A stretch of DNA of 64,000 bases from an uncultured Candidatus Altimarinota bacterium (GCA_937924685.1 CALEVN010000026.1:20058-84057); one strand, 5' to 3'; positions 1 through 10,062 are shown, counted from the stretch's first letter. The notes: generated by a model from the sequence alone, not told the origin. A program made the numbers and translations.

Positions 1-760
1 CTATACCATTTTTCATGAGCTCTCCAATAATTCGAGCGAGAGGAATACCAATCTTGTCTGAAAATTCTTTCACAGTAAGAAAATCACCAATCTCGACTTC
101 TTGACCAGATCGATCAACGAGAGTTTGTTTGATATCATCGATGTTTTTCTCTTGTTTTTCTCCGGCAATACCCTTTGAACGACGAAATGTATCGATATCT
201 TCTTTTTCTGTGGAGAGAAAAGTGAGCTTATGTTTCGAACCTTTTTTTGTTGGCTTAAAATTTTTCTTTGGAGCATCAGGCTTACGAAAGTTACCTTTAT
301 TTTGAGCTCCACCAGGTCTCTGAGTATTACCATTTGGACCACCAGGACGACGAGCTCCAAAACTTGGTGAAGATGAAGTGCCCGCATTATTTGCTGGAAA
401 TCGTGGACGATTTGGTCCAGGAAATGAAGGCCGAGATAAGCCGGATGAGCTCTGTGTTGGGGCTGGACGGTTATGAAAGACGACTGCCGGTCGACTCACA
501 AATTTAGCGCCGAGATCCAATTTACCACTTTCAGGAAGCTGTACTTTTCTTGGAGTATACTCAACTGGAGCCTCTTCTTGATGGGGAACCACCTCAGGAG
601 TATCAGGAACAGGAGGGGTAATTTTTTCTGGTACAGGAGCAGGAGATGCGGCTTTCTTGGCTACAATTTTGATTTTCTTTTTTTCGACTCATCCTCCCGA
701 TTGTGTGGTGCTGGGACCAATATTTGCATAGTAATCATCTCCTGATGTTGGTTTGACCAT
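1..760 (-). CDS. infB: translation initiation factor IF-2, N-terminal part (gene continues past the left edge)
   Basis: The reverse frame starts at ATG 758-760 and reads MVKPTSGDDYY. A basic Pro/Gly-rich linker follows, then EVEIGDFLTVKEFSDKIGIPLARIIGELMKNGI. That segment matches the IF-2 region just upstream of the G domain (E. coli [31 protein letters not shown]). There is one in-frame TGA (GG-TGA-V). Confidence 0.7.
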
Positions 761-786
761 AAAAAAGCCCTATAAAATTATAGGGC
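761..786 (-). terminator. stem-loop plus T-run (rho-independent terminator-like) downstream of the 831-1373 gene, abutting the infB ATG
   Basis: The minus strand reads GCCCTATA-ATTT-TATAGGGC followed by TTTTTT. This is an 8-bp stem with a 4-nt loop. Confidence 0.45.
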
Positions 787-830
787 ATAGAGTATAAAAA
801 AAGTGATGGAAGTCAAAGTGTTTTCGGCAA

Positions 831-1373
831 TTAAATCGGCAATTTCATATTTTCATCGCTGGTGTCTCAGAGAATTTTTTTATAACTATCATGATCTTCA
901 TTTTCGATACCCTGGACAAAGACATGTTTGTAGGATTGTTTTTCTTCTGTTTTTCGCACTATGATGCCTCATACGACCAGGAGTAGTCCTCACAAAAGTG
1001 TCAAAACCAAACCAGACATACCAGTCGTCATACGAATATTACTACTTACTGAAATCGTACTAGCCGCCCCCATGAGGCAGATGCTGACGATCATGGTCAT
1101 AAGAATAATAATACTACCGAAACGCACATAGATATATTCAGAACCAAAGTTCATATGCCATGTTTTTTGTATCTTCTGGGTAAAATCGTAGGAAACAAGG
1201 TGAATCAAGAGTATGACGAGTAAAATAGAAACCCACCAACCGATACCACCACATAGGAGAGAAAATGCACCAATACTACTATTTGCATCTATCTCAATCC
1301 AGGGTGAAAAAAGACCGAGAATAACACATAAAATACCAGAAATAACGACTTTTACTCACCAAGAAGACTTCAT
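831..1373 (-). CDS. hypothetical integral membrane protein (180 aa)
   Basis: ATG at 1371-1373, TAA at 831-833, 543 nt in one frame with four in-frame TGAs. It contains track ORF 990..1208. The sequence is hydrophobic, e.g. VISGILCVILGLF, GIGWWVSILLVILLIHL and IIILMTMIVSICLMGAA. Confidence 0.6.
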
Positions 1374-1486
1374 AAAAAATCACCATATATTTTCGATATA
1401 TCGGATAAGAAAAAAGTGGTGTATTCAACGTCGAGAGCGAAATGGTGTATAGGGAGACATATGTGCGACTTTATACTGATAAGGGT

Positions 1487-1735
1487 CTAAGAGTAAAGAA
1501 GAATCCATTGACTACGAAAAAGTTTCAGCGTATACTTAAAACCATGTCAAATCAGCGTCCCAATACCGTCGTCATCATATTCCTGCTTATCATAGGTATC
1601 ATACGTATACTCTGAGAAAGTATTTACAAAGGTCTCTGGGCACTCCTCTTCGGACGCGTCATACCTCTCAAAAATGCTCGCACACTCCGGCTCTGGCACT
1701 GGTGAGTCCTCGATGGACCAAAAAAATTCTGGCAA
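1487..1735 (-). CDS. possible small acidic protein (very uncertain)
   Basis: Track ORF 1547..1735 ends at a TGA and reads on to TAG at 1487-1489. The start is non-ATG (TTG). It is rich in Asp/Glu and has no recognisable motif. Confidence 0.2.
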
Positions 1736-1806
1736 TCACCCAGCGTAACAAAAATCGGGAGAATACTCTCAACTACTATACAGGTCATATTTTATCCAAA
1801 AAAATA

Positions 1807-2982
1807 ATGCATTTTCGAGCACGTACATCTGGTTTTACACTGATTGAAGTCCTCGTGGGAGTAATGCTCTCGGGTCTTATTTTGACAGCTGCTTATAGCT
1901 CTTTTCAGGGTATTATGAAGAGTCAGATACGTCTCGGGTGAGTGATAGATATTCAGCGAAATCTTTTTTATCTCAATGAAAAGCTTGCATCTCTCATTCA
2001 CGGAGGAGGAACGCTCGATTATGAAGAGTATTTCAATCGTAGAATGCTCTGATATGGCCAAAGTTTTATACTAAAAGATATAAGTAATCCTGATAAATGA
2101 TCATGGTATACTTTTACAAATGTTTCAAAATATGGAAACGGTAGTTCTGGAGGACCAAAAATATATCTCTGTGGCAAAGATAGCTCAGTCGATCCAGATG
2201 CCTGTCTCGGAACAGGCGCTGTGTACGGCGCATCATCTACAGGGTCATCTTTTATTGATCTCGCCGCATCTCACACACTTCCCGGGTCACAACAAGCCTA
2301 CAGACAATACAGAGAGCTCTGATTTAACTATGCGTCGAGTCTCCCCGCACCTATCAGACTTCCTGCTATATTTCCAGCAGACGGCACACAGCCATGAAGC
2401 ATGCCCAAAATCAATACAAATGGTATTCCTGAGCTCTATCTCATAAAAAAACTCCCTGATGGCTCATACGAGCGCACGTACTTTCGTCATGTCTATGAAG
2501 AAGATCCAAACTACGATTATGCCAAAAATCCATGTACACCTCCAGCACTTGAATATTGCATAGGAAAAATACAAATGGCACGATTAGTCAGTTGTGACAA
2601 TGTCGACAAAACAGGAGCTCCAGATAAACCAGATGGCACTATTGATGCTTGGATACCAGAAGATGATTTTTCCAAATCAGGAACACCCGTATTGTGTAGC
2701 TCTATCGATACAGCGAGTAGTATAAATACAGCAAGTGATGATCTTCTCTGGGTCGATGTCAGCTCACCCGACATGAATATCACAAAGGTTTCTTTTCTCC
2801 CCTCTCCTCTCAAAATACCGAGCCTCATGTCTGGTACAGGTGAAGCAGAACCACGATCACCCATCATTCAGATGCATCTAGAAGTACAGCTCTCCGAAAG
2901 TGTACAGAGAAAATGACTACTAGGAGACGAATGAAATACACCAAGAATGCTCATAACTACATTTGATCTCGCAGACCTCTAA
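1807..2982 (+). CDS. type IV pilin-like protein with a prepilin-type N-terminal cleavage/methylation motif (391 aa)
   Basis: ATG at 1807. The N-terminus MHFRARTSG/FTLIEVLVGVMLSGLILTAAYSSF is the class III signal (G|FTLIE plus hydrophobic helix). Frame 1 is continuous to TAA 2980-2982 through seven TGAs. It joins track ORFs 1702..1941 and 2401..2916. Confidence 0.8.
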
Positions 2983-2985
2983 AAT

Positions 2986-3852
2986 ATGACTCCCAAAAAA
3001 AATCAATGATCTGCCCTCTTTGTCACTATTATGATTACGAGCATAGTATTGATTGTGGCTATGATATTACTCGAGCGTATAGTCCCCTATTCACGACAGA
3101 TCCGTGGTATGCAAGACTCTCTCCAGGCATACTATACAGCACGTAGTGAAGTAGAGGTTGGTCGTTTTCTCTTCTCAGAATGAGCTGAAACAAGTGGTAT
3201 ACGAAAAAATATAGATACTAGTGTATGACGTATTGGTGCAGATGAACCTATATCACTCTGAATGCCAAATATCAGTAGTTCCCAAACAGGCGAGTCAGTT
3301 GTGATTGCGCAAGACCGAACTATACCGATGAATGTATTGCTCTACGATAAGGATACAACTCCAGTCGGATTTGGCACCAGTAAAGGCAAGCCAGCGTACC
3401 ATCTTTTGAGCTCTTTTTGAGGCGGTCTCACGTTTGATCTGAGTGGCATCAATACCGGAAGTGGTTTTGGTATTACTATGGCCATTGATCCTGACACTCC
3501 TGGAGCGCAAACAATAGGTGTGGAATTTATATATAGCAAAGAAAGTGATAGTCCATTTTTTGGAAGTATCAATATAACTGGCAATGGAAACATATTTGAT
3601 GCAAAAAATGCTGATAGCGAGACGCTCTCCTATTTCCTCGCAGGTCAAAACTGTCAGGTAGCACACTGTTTTATGAAACTTCAGCTCAAAAACGCATCAC
3701 AGTGAGCTATAAATATCAATCTCTCTGTACCATCTTCATCCATCAATACCATACCTGACCTCAATGCAGTACTCGTGGCAGATGGCCTCTCTGATAACGG
3801 ACAATACCATGCTCGCATTATCGAGCTCATTCCTGTGACACAAAGCATATAA
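2986..3852 (+). CDS. minor-pilin/pseudopilin-like protein (PilX/GspK-like N-terminus, 288 aa)
   Basis: ATG at 2986, 3 nt after the previous stop. The N-terminus MTPKKNQ-G-SALFVTIMITSIVLIVAMILLE resembles the GSAL-plus-hydrophobic-helix start of pseudopilins. Six in-frame TGAs, TAA at 3850-3852. It contains track ORF 3478..3705. Confidence 0.55.
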
Positions 3853-3853
3853 A

Positions 3854-3884
3854 AGAAAGCTCCGATAGAATCGGAGCTTTTCTT
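3854..3884. terminator. bidirectional stem-loop terminator between convergent genes
   Basis: GAAAGCTCCGA-tagaa-TCGGAGCTTTC is flanked by A-rich sequence on the left and T-rich sequence on the right. It lies between the stop at 3852 (+) and the stop at 3901 (-). Confidence 0.7.
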
Positions 3885-3900
3885 AATATATACATACATA

Positions 3901-4956
3901 TTATTTCTTCATGCCTTTTGGCTGGTAGAGGTTACGACCGACTCGCTCAAATACTTTTTTGTTCTGAAGATTCATGTAGATAGTATTTGATTTGACGATA
4001 CGAGTTTTCAGAACTTCGGCTGTGATATCATCAGAACTCATAGGTTTTTTGAGTTGCTGAAAGATTTCGAGGATAACATCCTGAACAGTACCAGAAGTAT
4101 AGCCCCATGCCTTGAGAGCATAGATACCACGACCAATAAGGACGAATTCTCCGTTACGAATAAGTTCATTATGAACTGTATTTACTTTTACCTTTGTATT
4201 GAAGTGGCCAGAGATAGAATTCGCGAGTTCGAGAAAGTGAAGTGGCTTATTTGTCTTCTTGAAAATATAGATAGCTTTATCTTTGAGGGTCTTCGGATTA
4301 AGGATGTGCCAGCTCGCAAGTCCAATCATCACTTTTTCACCTTTCACAACATCGAGAAATACATCCATGATAGCATCGACGAGTTTTTCGTTGAGGAAAG
4401 CGAATTGAGGTTTATATACTTCGAGAATTTTCTCATAAAGAGCTGTCTGTTCCATGACATCACGACGTTTCTTGAGCATTTTAACTGCTTCAGAGTGAAC
4501 TGATTCGATTGATTTTCGTGTGATTTGTGGTTCGTGAAAGTAGGTAACAGTATTGAGTCGAGGTTTGCTTTTCTGCATGTCAAAATCAGCCTGAAGAATG
4601 ACCTCCATCATACCCTTATTGATGACACCAGCCATACCAAGTTCTTTGATAAGAGCTGAAACAAGAGCATCACGAGACATGATACCGCTATGTTCATGGA
4701 GAATGCGTGCTGCCATAGCCTGAATATCTGCAAGAGGAGTACTCTTGATCATGCTTCCAATACTCTTCACCCCCTTATCTTCTATCTGACGAACTCTTTC
4801 TCGTGTAATACCATAATTATCTCCGATTTCTTGTAATGTCTCTTTATGACCGTAGAGCCCGATACGATGAGTAATAACATATGATTCTTTGTCACTCAAT
4901 CGCGAGAGAAGTGATTCAAACGCTGACTGAATATTTGCAGCAGTAATAGCAACCAT
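3901..4956 (-). CDS. sigma-70 region-4-like HTH protein with a C-terminal winged-helix (HARE-HTH-like) domain
   Basis: Uninterrupted 351-aa ORF. The N-terminus LSDKESYVITHRIGLYGHKETLQEIGDNYGITRERVRQIEDKGVKSI matches the sigma-70 region 4.2 pattern. The C-terminus (HFLELANSI...LIGRGIYALKAWGY) looks like a winged helix. No TGA. Confidence 0.6.
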   Translation of the reverse strand: MVAITAANIQSAFESLLSRLSDKESYVITHRIGLYGHKETLQEIGDNYGITRERVRQIEDKGVKSIGSMIKSTPLADIQAMAARILHEHSGIMSRDALVSALIKELGMAGVINKGMMEVILQADFDMQKSKPRLNTVTYFHEPQITRKSIESVHSEAVKMLKKRRDVMEQTALYEKILEVYKPQFAFLNEKLVDAIMDVFLDVVKGEKVMIGLASWHILNPKTLKDKAIYIFKKTNKPLHFLELANSISGHFNTKVKVNTVHNELIRNGEFVLIGRGIYALKAWGYTSGTVQDVILEIFQQLKKPMSSDDITAEVLKTRIVKSNTIYMNLQNKKVFERVGRNLYQPKGMKK

Positions 4957-5035
4957 AAATTTGAAAAAGAAATAAATCGCTAACTAAAATCTACCTATAT
5001 ATATACGAATCTTTGTACGGAAGTCAAAGAAAAAT

Positions 5036-5752
5036 TTAAATACTATTTTGCTTGACAAGAAGCTCGCGCCAGTTTTCTTGATGGGCAAAAGCGTCGAGAG
5101 CAGCTGCCTCTTGAGCGAGTTTCTTATTTGTACCACTACCTGTGCCAATAGTCACTCCTAGTATAGAGGCGGAAATAGTAAAAATTTTTTCGTGATCTTT
5201 TCCTACTTCAGAAAGAACAGTGTAGAGAGGTGTTATATTGAGATGCTCTTGTATCATTTCCTGAAGTCGAGACTTAGGATCCTTGATTTCCATCTGTACT
5301 CTATCGGAAGAAAAGACAATATCTCGAACAACAGCAAAGACAGCGTCAAATCATTGGTCGAGATAGAGCGCTCCGAGAAATGCCTCAAACATATCAGCAA
5401 GAATATTCGGATTTTTGGTGCCGCCCGCATTTCTCTCTCATTGAGACATGAGAAGTACTTCATCGAGTCCATAATCGAGAGCAATAGCAGCGAGATGAGT
5501 GCCACGCACATATCCACTCCGTAAATCAGTCATCCAACCCTCATCTTTTTCTGGATATTTTTGAAATATAAGATGGGTCATCGAGAGTTCTAGAGCTGCA
5601 TCTCCGAGGAATTCGAGACGTTCATTATGTTCTGGAACTTTATTTTCATTAAGAAATGATCGGTGAATACATGCAGTCTCAAAAATCGTGATATCTCTGG
5701 GTACGATACCGAGCTTGGTGAGGACAGAGATGAGCACAGATGTATCTCTCAT
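5036..5752 (-). CDS. rnc: ribonuclease III
   Basis: Joins track ORFs 5438..5752 and 5036..5293 (same frame, 717 nt, two TGAs). It has the RNase III signature NERLEFLGDAALE, then [25 protein letters not shown], and a C-terminal dsRBD (GSGTNKKLAQEAAA). Confidence 0.9.
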
Positions 5753-5753
5753 G

Positions 5754-6218
5754 CTATGCAGAATGAAAAAAAGAATATTTCAGTGGCGTACGAGTATTCC
5801 ATCCAGTAATAATGTCATTTTGTTTGGATAAAATGACATTCAAAACACCATTGATGAGCTTTTTACCAGCGTCATCCGAATAGCGCTTTGCGAGCTCTAT
5901 AGCCTCATCAATGGACACACGTGGTGGGACATCTTCTGGACGCAGAACAAGGAGCTCTGCGAGAGCTATGAGGAGAATAAGTGCGTTAATGGTGGGGAGT
6001 GTTTTTATATCATACTTTGGTGCGCATTCATACACCACAGACAGTATTTTTCATTCTTGTTCTATGATGATTTTTTCGAGAGAAGCAGCATATGATTCAT
6101 CGATTCTATCAGCATCGTCGAAAAATGAAGCATCCTTGGTCACAGAAACACCCGCGATAACACGGGTATAGAGTGACTGGAGCAGAAAGCGACGAGTACG
6201 AGAACGAGAAAAAGACAT
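5754..6218 (-). CDS. nusB: transcription antitermination factor NusB
   Basis: ATG at 6216-6218 and TAG at 5754-5756, with one TGA. The N-terminus is SRTRRFLLQSLY, and AIELAKRYSDDAGKKLINGVLNVI is typical of NusB. The stop lies 1 nt from the rnc start. Confidence 0.75.
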
Positions 6219-6302
6219 AAATGCGATCAAATAGTATATGTAAAAGACATAAGCACAAGGATCGACAATGAAAAATATCGCTCTTTTGCTTAGATTACTA
6301 CA

Positions 6303-6518
6303 CTATTTTGCACGAATCACTTTCTTTGGTTTTTTTGCTGTTTTCGGTGTTGTAGCGACGACAGTAAATGGCTTATGTGTGACACCAATGATAGCACCAG
6401 ATTCATCACGGAGAAATGGTGTTCTCTCGAGAAGCTTTTTACCAGCACGAATCTCCCAAGCAGAGGTACGTATACGTGTCTTGGATTTAGATTTTTTCTT
6501 TTTAGGAGAGAAAGTCAT
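6303..6518 (-). CDS. small Lys-rich basic protein (71 aa), function unknown
   Basis: Uninterrupted ORF immediately downstream of rpsR in the same orientation. Both termini are Lys-rich (SPKKKKSKSK and TAKKPKKVIRAK). I recognise no ribosomal-protein family. Confidence 0.45.
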   Translation of the reverse strand: MTFSPKKKKSKSKTRIRTSAWEIRAGKKLLERTPFLRDESGAIIGVTHKPFTVVATTPKTAKKPKKVIRAK

Positions 6519-6564
6519 AATAAATAAAAGTTAATAATTGTTCAGATACGCCAGACGTCACGTA

Positions 6565-6786
6565 TTATTCTCCAAGGGTAAATGGAAGAAGAGCCATAAC
6601 ACGAGCTTTTTTAATAGCAGAAGAGAGCATCTTCTGAAATTTGAGGCTCACACCAGTATAGTAGCGAGGTGTGATTTTACCATAGCGAGAGAGGTATTTT
6701 TTGAGCGTGTCGACATCTTTATAGTCGATGTGCTTTACACCTGCAGCCTTGAATGGGCAGACGGTTTTGAGTTTTTTCTTAGACAT
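6565..6786 (-). CDS. rpsR: 30S ribosomal protein S18
   Basis: CPFKAAGVKHIDYKDVDTLKKYLSRYGKITPRYYTGVSLKFQKMLSSAIKKARVMALLP matches the S18 pattern. Confidence 0.9.
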   Translation of the reverse strand: MSKKKLKTVCPFKAAGVKHIDYKDVDTLKKYLSRYGKITPRYYTGVSLKFQKMLSSAIKKARVMALLPFTLGE

Positions 6787-6803
6787 AAATTAAATAATTG
6801 GAA

Positions 6804-7229
6804 TTAAAAAACATTCTCTTCTTCTTGTGCATCATCGAGAATATCAGGAACTTCTGGCATAGAGTGATCAGTGCCATCGTCGTAACCAGGAGCATCTTCT
6901 CTTTTTGAGAGAAAAATGAGGTTCATAACGACGATTTCTGTGCGATGAAGACGGGTACCATCTTCGAGCTCTTTTGTACGAGTTTTGAGACGACCTTCGA
7001 CATAGACGAGTTTGCCTTTTCGGAGGTACTGATCACATCGATCCGCGAGAGGACCCCATGCGATACAGTTACTGAATTCAGCTTCACTCTGGATAGCACC
7101 AACTTTATCCTTGAAGACACGATTTGTCGCAACAACAAAGAGTGCACTTTTTGCACCACCAGTGGTGGTACGTACAAGTGGATCTTTGGCGACATTTCCG
7201 ATGAGTATTACTTTGTTAACAGTTCTCAT
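6804..7229 (-). CDS. ssb: single-stranded DNA-binding protein
   Basis: MRTVNKVILIGNVAKDPLVR followed by FSNCIAWGPLADRCDQYLRKGKLVYVEGRLKTR is an OB-fold SSB. The acidic tail ends DDAQEEENVF. I chose ATG 7227-7229 over the upstream TTG used in the track. Confidence 0.9.
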   Translation of the reverse strand: MRTVNKVILIGNVAKDPLVRTTTGGAKSALFVVATNRVFKDKVGAIQSEAEFSNCIAWGPLADRCDQYLRKGKLVYVEGRLKTRTKELEDGTRLHRTEIVVMNLIFLSKREDAPGYDDGTDHSMPEVPDILDDAQEEENVF

Positions 7230-7241
7230 AATGAAAATCAA

Positions 7242-7532
7242 TTAAGCAGGAATAACAGTCAAAAGATATCTCCACAAGCCTTTTTTGATTCCAAAGACCT
7301 TATTGAGTCCTGGGATATCGAGACGAGCAGCTGGTTTAAGTGTATAGATGAGGTAATAGCCCTGTTTTGAGCCATTGATTTTGTACGCCATATCGCGTAC
7401 TCCCCACACTACTTCACTCTCCATACTGAGTCCATGAACATCGAGCTCAGAGCGTAAATCGCTGATGAGCGTCTCGAGGGCTTGTTTCTCGAGCATCGGG
7501 TCGATGATCATCATGAGTTCGTATTTTTTCAT
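7242..7532 (-). CDS. rpsF: 30S ribosomal protein S6
   Basis: MKKYELMMIIDP...WGVRDMAYKINGSKQGYYLIY matches the S6 pattern. It is the first gene of the conserved rpsF-ssb-rpsR order. Confidence 0.9.
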   Translation of the reverse strand: MKKYELMMIIDPMLEKQALETLISDLRSELDVHGLSMESEVVWGVRDMAYKINGSKQGYYLIYTLKPAARLDIPGLNKVFGIKKGLWRYLLTVIPA

Positions 7533-7777
7533 GCGAATGTTATGATGAAAATAAAAAATAAATACCTCCGTGAAAACACGAAAGTGTGTGCATTATACAA
7601 ATGATATTCGTATTGCAAGACAAAATAATTAGCTCAAAAGGCAAGAGAAAAAAAATGGCAAGAAATCATTATAGGTAAGGGAAAAACAAATTTTCACTGT
7701 GATAAAAGAGTGAATTTTTTGAGCAAAAATTGATGAAGAGGAAGTTCTATATTTTTTATTTTGTCAACATACATACC

Positions 7778-7805
7778 ATTTTGTCCTTTGTATTTTGTCC
7801 TTTGT
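7778..7805 (+). repeat. tandem direct repeat (ATTTTGTCCTTTGT) x2 overlapping a TATAAT box
   Basis: Two exact 14-mers at 7778-7791 and 7792-7805 are followed by ATTTATAAT (TATAAT at 7809-7814). They lie inside the 470-nt gap upstream of hrcA. Confidence 0.6.
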
Positions 7806-8003
7806 ATTTATAATACGGATATCCTCCCCAGAGGTGCATCTCGTCGGTTTTTTTTCCTTATAATTATTTTCTATTGAGGAGCCGCTTGATACCCAACAGT
7901 ATTGAGTACAGCACTTCGAGGAGCGAGGGCATCCCCCTTGCTTCATTTGATCTCATTGGAAAATTTCCACGAAAACCCTGGGGGGTGACCTTGATTCAAA
8001 ACC

Positions 8004-8714
8004 ATGAACAGCCGAAAATCCTCCATTGATGCCCGAAAAATCCAGATTCTCTGACTCATCGTCCGAGAGTATATCAAAAGTGGCGATGCAACGGGCAGCA
8101 AATCTCTCGTCCGAGATGAGGGCATGGAGATATCCCCTGCCACGATTCGTAATGACATGAAACAACTCGAAGAAATGGGTCTCGTTTATCAACCCTACAA
8201 TTCTGCTGGTCGTATGCCGACAACGAGATGAATCAGAATGTACGTAGATTATCTGATAGAAGTAGCTCCTCAGCGTTATCTTGGCACGCCTTTTATTACT
8301 GAAGAAAATGCACTCGAATTTCATGATGATCGCCTCTATGATCTCGTATCAGATCTCGCACAAGCGACTCATGACTTGGCTTTTTGTTCTTCACCTGATG
8401 CTGGTATTTATTGTATAGCTGGGCTCTCATATTTTCTGCGAAAACATAGTGAAACATTGGGAGAGCAAATTTTCTCGATCCTCGATACCGTTGAAAATCG
8501 AACGCTTTTTACTCGTACAATCGCCAATCTCGCACAACCAGGACGCATCACGGTCTGCATAGGAGAAGAAAATATTCTTCCAGAATTGGAGAGCTGTTCT
8601 CTTATGGTCGCGGACATCACACTCGCAGGACATCGTTGTCACCTCGGACTTCTGGGTTCAAAACGAACTGATTATGGTTTTAATCTCAGCGTACTCCGAA
8701 CAATAGGAGTCTAA
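8004..8714 (+). CDS. hrcA: heat-inducible transcriptional repressor HrcA (short form, 236 aa)
   Basis: ATG at 8004. The sequence RKIQIL-G-LIVREYIKSGDATGSKSLVRDEGMEISPATIRNDMKQLEEMGLVYQPYNSAGRMPTTR-G-IRMYVDYL matches the HrcA N-terminal winged helix and the PT..GYR.YVD motif. Two TGAs. It joins to track ORF 8238..8714. Confidence 0.85.
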
Positions 8715-8804
8715 AAACACAACAAAATCAAATACAATACCATAAATAATATTCAATAAATTTTTTATGGTATGTAAAGTATGTGTACATCAATTTATAG
8801 AAAC

Positions 8805-10062
8805 ATGCATATAATAAAGTACATGCGTTTCATTTTGTTATTTTTTCTCCTCGCAAGCCTCCTTACTTTTGCATACACAAAAGAGGATGTCGCGACAGCA
8901 GGGTATCTAGCAGAAAAGTGAATCATACCCCAACAATCAACGACCGGTGGATATCGTCTTGATGAGAATATCACACGTGCCGAGGTCATAGGTATAGCTC
9001 TGAAGATACGATGAATACCAATTCCAGCCAAATATACTTGTAAAAAATATTTCACAGATGTATCAGACGATCCAAATAATCCATGGATTTGTCCCGCAGT
9101 AGAAATAGCAGCTGACAACAAAATCATTTCAAAGACAAATAAGACATTTCGTCCGCTCGAATCAATCACAAAAATAGAAGCTCTGGGTATCCTCATGAGA
9201 TCAGCTGGTATTTGACTCAGACAAGAGGCTTCTCTGAGTGACAGAAAAACAACAAACGATGGAACGGATCAGTGACAGAAAGATCTCCTCCTGAGCGCTT
9301 ATTCAAAACGAATCATAGAACCACTCTCAACAGAAAATAAAAAAGACACAGTTTCTCTCAAATTTTCACCAGAACAAAAGGCAACACGATATATGATATA
9401 TCGCATGGTGAAAAATATTCTTCCTTTTCAAATAGAAAAAAAATATACCACGACACTTGATAGCGTTTGTGGTGCAAAACCTCAAGGAATTCAGACAGCA
9501 AGTATAGGATGAAAAAAAAACAGTACTCAACCTCTATCCCCTTCCTCTTAAAAACGGATTTAGTGGCAGTTACGTAGTGCAAAATGGTATTATTACCTAC
9601 ATAGCTAAAAAAGTGTCAGAAAATGACATAATACTCTGAACATTTCTCTATCAATATGATTGTGCAGAGAAAAAATCTAAAAACATCTCTACTGGTCTCA
9701 CAAGCGGTCTCTATACCAATGCAGTTCTAGATGATGTCAGCGAAAATTATATTCTCGTACATATCTATAACTGAGAATATAAACTTCCTGGTTCAAGTAC
9801 ATTTTATATGTATGATCTCCAGGAGAAGAAGTGAATTTTTGTAAAAGGCATATCAGCATCCGGTATCGACAAATATACTAAATCTCCTTCTACGAGATAT
9901 GTAACGAGCATCGAAAAAATGCGGATCAACAAGGGTGTAGTGGAAGCAAAAATAGTTGTAAATGATGCGGGAGAAAAAGCTGATCCAACCAGTCTTCCAG
10001 ATTACAAAGTTATCTCAGAAAAGTGGGTACAAATAGATCCATCAACTGGGACACTTAAATAA
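8805..10062 (+). CDS. SLH-like secreted surface protein, reading frame broken at an A9 run (possible pseudogene or phase variant)
   Basis: The frame starting at 8805 (or ATG 8823, signal peptide MRFILLFFLLASLLTFA) carries an SLH-like module paralogous to the 10082 gene. That frame ends at TAA 9549-9551. After the A9 run (9512-9520), the +1 frame continues without TAA/TAG stops (only TGA codons) to TAA 10060-10062, and it has no start codon of its own. Confidence 0.6.

Noticed and set aside
7953-8324. A 123-aa minus-strand ORF (and 7943..8158) in the rpsF-hrcA region.
   Set aside because: It is antisense to the well-supported hrcA N-terminus and has no motif support.
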